DNA from: Bacteroidales bacterium UBA4772
GTDB lineage: Bacteria; Bacteroidota; Bacteroidia; Bacteroidales; VadinHA17
Assembly (NCBI GenBank): GCA_002403305.1
Contig: DHHM01000016.1
Span: 122,490-186,489 of the forward strand
Length of the DNA: 64,000 bases
Direction of reading: 5' to 3'
Position numbers and translations under genes: made by a program. This document shows positions 40,201-46,881 of this stretch, in pieces. Below the pieces are notes generated by a model. The model searched no databases. It had not been told where the DNA came from and saw only the letters and a list, made by a program, of their open reading frames with translations. Position 1 is the first letter of the stretch. The number at the start of each line of letters is the position of its first letter.

Positions 40201-43200
40201 GGTGCCATAACGGATTTTAACATTATTGAGGTAAACAAGGGAAACTCAAGAAATACCGTGCTGGAGGTCAAATCATCAGTCCTGACAATTAACACGAACC
40301 TTTCAACGGCGCTACTCCTGACCAACGGTACTTTCAGGCTTACAAGCCCCATCATTCTTAATCTTACGGATGCGGGGAGCTTCACAATCCCGATGACAGG
40401 GGCGCTTTCCGCCAACGGAGGTACTATAAATATAGGTGGCGCTTCAGCAACAAATGCTACTGACCTGTTTCTCGACGGCAGGCTGGAAGTGCTGGCCGGA
40501 GCCGTAAATATCGGAACAGCAGGGAACAACCTGAACAATGATATTGAATACTCATCCGGAGGCACACCTGAAATTTTGGTTAGCGGTGGAACTCTTTATG
40601 TAAACGGACAGATACGGCGCGTAACAACTATCAATACAGGATCTCTCAGCTACACACAGAGCAATGATGCCAGTGTGGTAACTGTTGCTGGCCGGAACCC
40701 CGACAACGCCCGGGCAATATTCGAGATCTTGAATAGTGGCAGTAAGTTTAATATGAGCGGTGGTACACTTAACATTACAGGTTCGTTTAATAACGCTGAT
40801 TATTTTGATTTTTATCTTGTCCCGGATTCAAGCACGGTAACCGGTGGCAATATTTTATTCGGATCATCGGTGACACCGGTAAATACGGTGTTCAGTATGG
40901 CAACATCGACCGAGCTCTACAACCTGGCCATAGATGATACATCAGGCAGCAAAACGCTGGACCTGAAGATATATCCACTGATATTAAACAATCTTACCAT
41001 AAACGGAAATACAGTCTTCAGAGCTAAAGGACTGAACGTTACCATAGGCGGCAGCCTGACTAACGGCAACAACACATCCGGGACTGGCGTAAGTACCGGA
41101 GGATACCAGCCGGGTAACATAAACCAGGTAACCACATTCAATGGTGCCGGGTTATGTGCCATAACCGGCACGGGGTCTAACCTTACTAACTTTGCAAACC
41201 TGACAATTGACTCTGACGGCACCCTGCTTCTCTCATCAAACAGTAATATCAGAATCAGTTCGGGCCTTATCATAAGCTCAGGGTACCTTGATGATGGCGG
41301 AAATAACATTTTTCTGATGGGTAATCTTATCAACACTGCAGCCCATGCAAGCTCAATAGCCGGCGGAGGCATACGCCTTGAGGGCAGCCAGCCGCAGGTG
41401 ATCTCGGGAAACGGAGAGGGTATTTTTGGAAACATTACAATTAATAACACCACCGGGATCAGTATAGTTGACAGGACAATAATTAACGGATTGCTTACAT
41501 TTACCGGTGGAGCTATATATCTTGACGACTATTCCCTTGTCCTTGGTACAAATGCATCAATAGGCGGTGTGACTGATCAGACCAGGATGATTATTCTTAA
41601 CGGCGTTATTTCTGATGCGGGTGTCACAAAGATCTTCCCCTCCGGAGCGTCGGCCTTTACATTCCCCATCGGAGTAGCAGGTAAGTATACGCCGGTCTCA
41701 TATAATTTCACAACGAACACCAATATTGGCGCATCAATAACGGTGGAACCCGTAAATTACAGCCACCCGCTTATGGATCTGCCCGCCGGTGATGAGCTGG
41801 ACTACTACTGGAATGTGCTATCAGAAGGATTTGTTGATGCATATACTGTTGACCATGGTTATTCATATGATGCCGGTGATGTAAACGGAGTGGAAGCAGA
41901 ATATGTTACAGGAAGATTTACTGCCGGGAACTGGTCTCCTGTAGGAGGTATTGATGAATCCTCGGTTAACCCTGTAACGCATACCATAACCCTGCTATCC
42001 AGGGGTTATGTTGATGGCGAATATACTGCCGGGAAAAGCATCAATTTCTCCAATACGTTTACAATGTATAGTATCAAATCAGGCAACTGGTACGGCGATA
42101 ATACATGGTCTGTTACTGATGGCGGACCCCCCTGCGGGTTTGATCCAAACGGTAATATTGTGGTAATTAAACCGGGCCATGTGGTTACATTGAACAATAA
42201 TTCTGCCTATGCATATTCCGTGGCCCTTAACGGTGCTCTTGATGCCGGGATCACATACTACCACAACCTGGGTCATGTGAGTGGCAATGGGATTCTAAAA
42301 ATGACATCAACATCTCAGGGAATATTTGTCTTTCCCGGGGGCGACTTCAGTGGTTTCGTCTATACAACCGGCAGCACCGTAGAGTTCTTTGGTGATAACC
42401 AGGCATCACTGCCGGCAAAACCCGGGAATATTTATAAACCTTACCAGAATGTGATTTTATCCGGATCGGGTAAAAAAACCATGCCTTCTGAAGACCTGAA
42501 GATACTTGGTAATCTTATAATCCGGGACGCATCCACCTTACTGAGTAATGAGCTCTACAATAAGAAATTAATTATCTCAGGTAACTGGATTGACAACAAC
42601 ACTTCAGCTACAGGTGGTTTTCTCCCGGGCAAGGGGGGTGCCTATTTTTATGGAACCAGCCCGCAGATTATTTCAATAACAAACGGAGCCACGACAGAGG
42701 CTTTTTATGATCTGGAGATAAATAATGTAACAGGATTAACATTGTCTGGTGCAGGGAATGTTAATGTTTCAGACAAATTGATTTTAACCAGGGGTATCAT
42801 CAGCACCAGTGTTGTAAATCTGCTTTCAATTTCCAACACAAGTGAAAAAGCTGTTGAGAATGGGGGAGATGATTCATTTGTAAGCGGACCATTACAGAAA
42901 CGTATTCTTGCCGGAAGAGGTTTTAACTTTCCTATAGGAGATGCATTAGGTGGTGCAGGCGGATTACGGTATGGTGAATTAATACTTACCGGCGCTTCCG
43001 TAACCGGCTATTATCAGGCGCAATATTACAACCATAATCCGCTTGATGATGGTTACGATCCTGACAATGTTACAGCACCGATAGATGTTGTTAGCAGTTC
43101 GGAATACTGGAGAGTAAATGGTCCCGCTCTTTCTACTGCCAACATTACGCTCAGGTGGGATGATCAGAGTGGAATCATCCCTGTTGATGCCTCAACCAGG

Positions 43201-46200
43201 GCAAAGCTTCGTGTGGTGGAGTGGAACCCCTCATGGATCAACCGGGGCAACGGGAAAATAAGCGGCAATGCCCAGGAGGGTACCATAAGAACCAGTCCGG
43301 AGGTCAGCCTTTCCGGTGATCACCGGTTTTCCCTGGGCGTTGAAAGCCTGCCCACTGCAACCATAACAAGCGGAGCAGCAGGGATATGCGATGACGGATC
43401 CACTACAAGCATTTCAATAAACCTGACCGGAACAGCTCCATGGACCATCAAATACAAGATTAACGGAGCATATGAGACAACCATTTCAAATATTGGAACA
43501 TCACCATATACATTAGTTGTCTCCAATTCAATTCCGACGCTTGCCTCCGGAGGCCCCGGCCTCTATTCATTTTCCATCTCTTATATAAAAGATGCAACAG
43601 GCACAACGGGCATACGTGACTTTACAACCACCGGTGACATAACTTTATATGCGTCTCCCACACCGGCCATTTCCGGGCTTTCCACCACACCGGCCAACTC
43701 GTTGGAAACATACAGCACCATGGCGGTGGCAGGAGATACATACCTGTGGAGTGTAACAGGAGGTGTCATTCAAAGCGGGCAGGGGACAAATTCAATAGCA
43801 GTACTATGGGGCTCAGGTCCGGCAGGAAGCATCACCCTGACCGAAACCGTAACTATCGGCGGATGTAGTAAGATCACTCCTCCCTACAATGTTACAATTA
43901 CAGATATTCCGAATCCCCTGGTTACAGGGAACACCTCCGTTTGCCTGGGTTCTGCAGAAACATATTCAACACCGCTTGTCGGCAGTCATACTTATGCCTG
44001 GGTAGTTACCCGCGGGACATTTACCATTGGTGCTACAAACAATATTATAAATGTTACCTGGACATCTACAGGAGCCGGAGCGGTAAGCGTTACTGAAACA
44101 GGTGCCTCCCCGGTAGTAAACACACTCCCTGTTACAGTAAACCCTGTTCCTCCGGATAATAATGCTGTATCTGATCCCACTACATGCGCCAATGTGCCGG
44201 TGAATATCATCATTTCTGCAGCACCCGCAGGCATTTCCTATCAGCTTCGTCTGAACAGTGATAATTCTCCCGTCGGATCCCCGGTGAGCAGCATGGCCGG
44301 GGGTGATGTTTCCATACCGGTCACGCCGGCAGCTACCACTACATATAATATCTGGGCATCAAATGAGTATAGTTGCGGGGTTATGCTTACTGACCTTGCT
44401 GTAGTTACCGTGGTGAATGAGCAGATCTGGACAGGAGCAGCGGGAACAGACTGGAATGTCGCGGGAAACTGGTCCTGCAATATTGTCCCCACTCAGACAT
44501 TATCCGTTCAGATACCTGATGTGGCAAATAAACCGGTACTCAGTAACGGAGCAAATGGAGGCGTCAGCAATATTGTAATAGATAACGGAGCGTCACTGAC
44601 AATTACAGGTAACACAATCACTATTTCCGGAGATATAACAAGTAACGGAGGCCTTGATGCCTCAGCCGGCACTATTGAAATGAACGGGTCTGTTGCACAA
44701 CAGATCGGGGCCGGCGTTTTCAGCGGAAATACTATTCAGGGACTGATAATTGACAATTCTGCAGGAGTAACCCTTCAGGGGCCGCTTACGGTTACCGGAG
44801 TGGTATCTGTACAGAACGGAACCCTCTCGTCAGGCGGTAATCTAACCCTTGCCTCAACAGCTGCAGGAACTGCTCTCATAAACGGATCGGGCGCCGGGAC
44901 AGTGGCAGGCAATGTCACAATGCAGAGATACCTTGACCCGGGATTCGGATACAAATATTTCAGCTCACCCTTCCAGGCATCAACGGTAAGTGAGTTTGGA
45001 GATGATATGGACCTTACATACTCATTCCCACTATTATACCGGTTTGATGAGAACAGTGCCTATTCAGGATGGATTGGCTACGCAACCGGAACAAATATCC
45101 TTAATCCCATAGAGGGCTACGCCGTTAACTTCGGTGAACTGACAGATCCTAAAACAGTTGATGTCACCGGTATTGTCAATAATGGGAGCTACTCTGTTAA
45201 TCTCTATAATCACAATAACGAGTTTACCACCGGCTTTAACCTGGTTGGTAACCCATATCCGTCACCTGTTGACTGGGACGGACCGGGATGGACAAAAACG
45301 AATATTGATAACGCCCTTTATTTCTTCAGAGCCAGCACCACGGATCAGTACGGAGGTACTTACAGCAGCTATGTTAACGGGATTTCGAGCGACGGGTTTG
45401 CCTCAAATATAATTCCGTCTATGCAGGGTTTCTTTGTACATGTCTCTGACCTGACTTACCCTGTGACCGGCACGCTGGGGGTATCAAACAGCTCAAGGAT
45501 AAATAACCTGACAAATCCCTTCCTGAAGTCGGCCAGGGTGAATAATTATCGATTCCTGGTAAGGGCAACAGCCTCCTTTACCGATGACCAGACCTCAACC
45601 GATCCTCTGGTGATCTGTTTTGATAATAATGCGGAAAAAGAGTTTGACGGCGCTTATGACGCCCTGAAGCTGTTTAATACTGACATGATGGTAACCAATT
45701 TCTACTCGGTTCTTCCGTCACAAAAGAAACTTTCAATAAATGCATTGCCTGACCAGACAGATACGATATTGTCTATTCCTCTCGGTTTGACTGTTTATCG
45801 CGATGGTGAGGTAAAATTCAGTTTCAGGGATGTTGAGAATCTTCCCGTCGGGGAAAATATCTATTTCCGTGATGCAGTGACCGGTGCCAGCGTAAATCTT
45901 ATCGGAACCAGTGATTACAGGGTCGAGCTTAAACAGGGAGAATATCACGGCAGATTTTCACTGGCATTTGTCAAGAACACCACATCCGTGCCTGACCCCG
46001 TCGCAGCTGATGATCTGTTCCAGGCCTGGATGTCGGAAGGGATGGTAAAAGTCAGGATTGGTCATGTTGAAGGCGACAGGGGGATGATTACCCTTTACAA
46101 TTTGTCGGGTATGCAGGTCTGCTCCGAAACAGTGTATGAACCCGGTGAATATCATCTGAATATCAGATTGATGCAGGGGGTATACGTTATTACATATACG

Positions 46201-46245
46201 ACGGGCAACGTACAGCGAAGCATAAAGCTGGTACAGGGAAAATAA
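34276..46245 (+). CDS. Giant (3989 aa) secreted surface protein: N-terminal beta-sandwich domains, GEVED domain, four beta-helix supermodules, Ig/PKD-like array, T9SS C-terminal sorting domain
   Basis: A single uninterrupted 11.97-kb ORF with a signal peptide (...LDNTALGQ). Gly/Asn/Thr/Ser-rich beta-solenoid repeats run throughout, the GFDGEVEDY motif is present, and the C-terminal ~78 aa fit the Por/T9SS CTD pattern (see sub-features). Confidence 0.9.
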   Translation: MNKLSPCSKDLLRTLIFSAVLIILSGLDNTALGQTTLATWNFPNNPDNAICDGGIAANAAKTISTVGGTSAIDYSYSGASTNCAYATSWNSGSGSKYWYINIVTTGYYNITVSSAQRGHEQGSTRGPRDFRLEYNVGGGWVAVSGGSITVADNFTTGLLNNLALPAACDNQAALQLRWIMTSNTSIDGHTVSASGYNQIDNIEINGNPPGLSVTPTSLDFGFVASGSTSSNMTYTLSGAGLFPSAGNINVAAPSNFEVSLSSGSGFASSINVPFTSSTLAATTIYARFSPTNPGTNYSGNITNSGGGSAVKNVAVSGNSIVSYCTSSGNTTYQTSITYVNINTISNSSAKPSGYSDYTSLVTDVIKSSSYNLTVNLNTDGNYTVYAMAWIDWNGNGSFNDSGESYNLGTAVNTANGPTSLSPLSITVPAGAVTGTVRMRVSARYDAYPASCDTGFDGEVEDYTLNIAPPSLIYYSQNSDPALLSSWNTNRAGGGSSPASFTANNQTFVIQASNSMTAGSAWSVSGSNTKVEMEGGASLTANSAISLSAATTFQLDNGATYNHNVSSNTVWSGIEIIDPGSTVVYGFAGAQDISAQSYGNITVSGGGTKTMQGNISVAGTLSLSNGNLSLGSGAYDLTIGTGATITTSGSFNNTHMIVCDGSGSLIKLGTTASAFSVVYPVGTGTYYTPFEIAALTATVTGTGSISVRTVAGTAPGPPAAASTDLMKYWNISTTGISGISANIRLTYINPGEVGSGGDQTKYVPYLYSGGVWAQPSFYSAAGTNPMTVSGTSTLSGQWTAREEPVYGTYYSYQSGPWNSAGTWTKDPSGTLSVSPGVPSATDRAVILNGRTVSTTANGENVLSVQINDGGILDLGTYTTQNFTVIRGEGLVRLQTSIFPSGDWSNFVAEGGGTVEYYNTSNFTVSQLSYNNLIINLSSSAIVATLTGNMTLNGNLTITSGKLQINDGSSTGRNVTVAGNVDVSTSGSIGIGTGNANHRFTVNGDFTNEGVVRMTNQDAPSYTTTPSNGRSDLVFNNPNANQNLICNGQSDFYRIEIDKGIDKTYILNIDASNNTNFKLFGRSNLQSSPPSNDPPAIENPNALGLLAGTVRLGPNIVLPSLSGDAVYNIDLDAQLWLDGADVTFSAAASNSSIVVYGNLRVSNQATLNANGNQGIVMRDQSALIIESGVVTTDCIRTSYISGAHRGAFIMSGGILNIEGNTYNISGLNIYASFTLPYPDNVFKMTGGTINILSPTTITGGSGSNFSLILGSGSNNFYVTGGTINITVPTGRNAYINTTSPLWNLSFISTSATYRGQIQAYAGNSSPAIPAISARPLIIYNDLNVLDNAVFNANGSNVTIGHSFVIDPGAGYECGDNTTTFNGLAGQRFTNSGTVNNGTGLYNLTIADSSNTDIFSDNLIIRKDLIISNGSILNDVGHSISVAGNITNSGSHTSQASGAIILNGTVAQTLGGSGSGVFGNLTINKTAGTTIFTANQSVIGNLRLANGLIDAGTLNISLGSSSNIYDAITGTTANFSATKMIRLAGNSSDGGVTKTYGSIGAFLFPVGTASDYTPATIQFTAAPTEWGSVTVRPVAQAHPLLTSALALTYYWSVTSSGFSGVSAGSVSHTYQYVTSDITGTESNYIPGSYRPYAWTPVIDNSKVVDATNTILFGPVDYIDGDYTAGETAAFMSIKVFYSRQTGDWNDPATWSSTGVGGATDGDIPGAGNPVVIGDNTNNHTVTVPVGYNNITVGGLEISQGSTLDLQTTTGHNFGAIPDTRVTGTGRLRISSSGATATFPGGDFGNFLSGGGGIVEYYSTATMGATTFTLPATYLSGAATINLTAYNNLVTAPAAGKNIVLPNINLAVHDDFTLSGSGISQLNVLASTRVVTIDSNLVIGSGTLRYMNGNNTAQSLIVSGNVVINDGAVFDVNTSGSATNLLTIYGDLTNNGTFDMYKAATQVCNVTFAGNINKEINGAGAITDFNIIEVNKGNSRNTVLEVKSSVLTINTNLSTALLLTNGTFRLTSPIILNLTDAGSFTIPMTGALSANGGTINIGGASATNATDLFLDGRLEVLAGAVNIGTAGNNLNNDIEYSSGGTPEILVSGGTLYVNGQIRRVTTINTGSLSYTQSNDASVVTVAGRNPDNARAIFEILNSGSKFNMSGGTLNITGSFNNADYFDFYLVPDSSTVTGGNILFGSSVTPVNTVFSMATSTELYNLAIDDTSGSKTLDLKIYPLILNNLTINGNTVFRAKGLNVTIGGSLTNGNNTSGTGVSTGGYQPGNINQVTTFNGAGLCAITGTGSNLTNFANLTIDSDGTLLLSSNSNIRISSGLIISSGYLDDGGNNIFLMGNLINTAAHASSIAGGGIRLEGSQPQVISGNGEGIFGNITINNTTGISIVDRTIINGLLTFTGGAIYLDDYSLVLGTNASIGGVTDQTRMIILNGVISDAGVTKIFPSGASAFTFPIGVAGKYTPVSYNFTTNTNIGASITVEPVNYSHPLMDLPAGDELDYYWNVLSEGFVDAYTVDHGYSYDAGDVNGVEAEYVTGRFTAGNWSPVGGIDESSVNPVTHTITLLSRGYVDGEYTAGKSINFSNTFTMYSIKSGNWYGDNTWSVTDGGPPCGFDPNGNIVVIKPGHVVTLNNNSAYAYSVALNGALDAGITYYHNLGHVSGNGILKMTSTSQGIFVFPGGDFSGFVYTTGSTVEFFGDNQASLPAKPGNIYKPYQNVILSGSGKKTMPSEDLKILGNLIIRDASTLLSNELYNKKLIISGNWIDNNTSATGGFLPGKGGAYFYGTSPQIISITNGATTEAFYDLEINNVTGLTLSGAGNVNVSDKLILTRGIISTSVVNLLSISNTSEKAVENGGDDSFVSGPLQKRILAGRGFNFPIGDALGGAGGLRYGELILTGASVTGYYQAQYYNHNPLDDGYDPDNVTAPIDVVSSSEYWRVNGPALSTANITLRWDDQSGIIPVDASTRAKLRVVEWNPSWINRGNGKISGNAQEGTIRTSPEVSLSGDHRFSLGVESLPTATITSGAAGICDDGSTTSISINLTGTAPWTIKYKINGAYETTISNIGTSPYTLVVSNSIPTLASGGPGLYSFSISYIKDATGTTGIRDFTTTGDITLYASPTPAISGLSTTPANSLETYSTMAVAGDTYLWSVTGGVIQSGQGTNSIAVLWGSGPAGSITLTETVTIGGCSKITPPYNVTITDIPNPLVTGNTSVCLGSAETYSTPLVGSHTYAWVVTRGTFTIGATNNIINVTWTSTGAGAVSVTETGASPVVNTLPVTVNPVPPDNNAVSDPTTCANVPVNIIISAAPAGISYQLRLNSDNSPVGSPVSSMAGGDVSIPVTPAATTTYNIWASNEYSCGVMLTDLAVVTVVNEQIWTGAAGTDWNVAGNWSCNIVPTQTLSVQIPDVANKPVLSNGANGGVSNIVIDNGASLTITGNTITISGDITSNGGLDASAGTIEMNGSVAQQIGAGVFSGNTIQGLIIDNSAGVTLQGPLTVTGVVSVQNGTLSSGGNLTLASTAAGTALINGSGAGTVAGNVTMQRYLDPGFGYKYFSSPFQASTVSEFGDDMDLTYSFPLLYRFDENSAYSGWIGYATGTNILNPIEGYAVNFGELTDPKTVDVTGIVNNGSYSVNLYNHNNEFTTGFNLVGNPYPSPVDWDGPGWTKTNIDNALYFFRASTTDQYGGTYSSYVNGISSDGFASNIIPSMQGFFVHVSDLTYPVTGTLGVSNSSRINNLTNPFLKSARVNNYRFLVRATASFTDDQTSTDPLVICFDNNAEKEFDGAYDALKLFNTDMMVTNFYSVLPSQKKLSINALPDQTDTILSIPLGLTVYRDGEVKFSFRDVENLPVGENIYFRDAVTGASVNLIGTSDYRVELKQGEYHGRFSLAFVKNTTSVPDPVAADDLFQAWMSEGMVKVRIGHVEGDRGMITLYNLSGMQVCSETVYEPGEYHLNIRLMQGVYVITYTTGNVQRSIKLVQGK
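35242..35673 (+). other. GEVED domain within the giant protein
   Basis: YCTSSGNT...AWIDWNGNGSFND.GE...VRMRVSARY......C.TGFDGEVEDYTLNI. The terminal G(E/D)VEDY motif gives the family its name. Confidence 0.6.
35695..43342 (+). repeat. Four divergent tandem supermodules, each an entry motif YxS..SG.W....TW, then a beta-helix, then an FP(V/I)G...YTP beta-sandwich cap
   Basis: Entry motifs are at aa ~474 (YYSQNSDPALLSSWNT), 808 (YYSYQSGPWNSAGTW), 1693 (FYSRQTGDWNDPATW) and 2597 (MYSIKSGNWYGDNTW). Cap motifs are at aa 678 (YPVGTGTYYTP), 1561 (FPVGTASDYTP), 2463 (FPIGVAGKYTP) and 2885 (FPIGDALGG). The two long copies are 885 and 904 aa. The copies are recognisably similar at the protein level only. 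Confidence 0.7.
43343..44420 (+). other. Array of Ig/PKD-like beta-sandwich domains in the giant protein
   Basis: Repeated ~80-90 aa units with patterns such as YLWSVTGGVIQSGQGTNSIAVLWGSGPAGSITLTE and YAWVVTRGTFTIGATNNIINVTWTSTGAGAVSVTE, as seen in Cytophaga/Flavobacterium-type surface proteins. Confidence 0.5.
46009..46242 (+). other. T9SS (Por secretion system) C-terminal sorting domain
   Basis: The last 78 aa are DDLFQAWMSEGMVKVRIGHVEGDRGMITLYNLSGMQVCSETVYEPGEYHLNIRLMQGVYVITYTTGNVQRSIKLVQGK. This contains the v.lyn..G..v, l....l..GvY.v and k.vk pattern of type A CTDs. Confidence 0.75.
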
Positions 46246-46326
46246 AAGAGAACTCGCATGAGCAATATTTTACATAAGAAACTGGGGATCAAAATTAATG
46301 CAAGTGATGTCAGGCGGTTGATAAAT

Positions 46327-46845
46327 ATGGATATGCCAGGTGTAGTAAGGAAGGCAGTCATTGCAGCTAGCCTGCTTCTGGTGTTCGGATTTTTCACGGA
46401 AGTCATTGCTCAGCCGCTGCCGCCACGGCCGGTGATCATCACGGTGAATAGCTCCCAGCCACTGGCATTCGGAGCCTTCACTCCCGGTGCTGCCGGAGGT
46501 GCGGTCACAGTAACACCCGACGGAGGCACACGATGCTCATCAGGTACGATTATTCTCCTCAACATGGGTATGATATATACTCCTGCCATGTTCTACGTGA
46601 CGGCCAACCCCGGGACAGTCATCTCACTGCTCTCCGGGCCTCCATCGACCATCACCGGGAGCAACGGAGGCACGCTTACATTGCAGCCCGACGGCACATG
46701 GCCTGCTTCACCATTTGTTACCACGGTACCATATCAGCAGCAGACAACAGTGCTGGTGGGTGGGACGCTCACCGTCGGGACCATCGCCGCTAATCCCCCG
46801 GGCAGCTACAGCGGGACAATAGATGTAACCTTTGTCCAGGAATGA
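46327..46845 (+). CDS. Secreted DUF4402 / SCPU-like subunit 3
   Basis: PLAFGAFTPGAAGGAVTVTPDG, MFYVTANPGTVISL and VGGTLTVGTIAANPPGSYSGTIDVTFVQE parallel subunits 1 and 2. The ORF opens at ATG 46258, 12 nt after the giant gene stop. The ATG at 46327 gives a canonical signal peptide (MDMPGVVRKAVIAASLLLVFGFFTEVIAQ). Confidence 0.6.
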   Translation: MDMPGVVRKAVIAASLLLVFGFFTEVIAQPLPPRPVIITVNSSQPLAFGAFTPGAAGGAVTVTPDGGTRCSSGTIILLNMGMIYTPAMFYVTANPGTVISLLSGPPSTITGSNGGTLTLQPDGTWPASPFVTTVPYQQQTTVLVGGTLTVGTIAANPPGSYSGTIDVTFVQE

Positions 46846-46881
46846 ATCACTGATGACCTCCCGCGAAACGGATATGTAATT

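Noticed and set aside
39978-41453. 195-aa and 178-aa minus-strand ORFs (and many shorter ones) inside the giant gene
   Set aside because: They are antisense to Gly/Asn/Thr/Ser-rich codons, which gives long stop-free Pro/Val/Leu/Ser-rich frames by composition alone. They have no start context or motifs. The sense ORF is uninterrupted for 11.97 kb.
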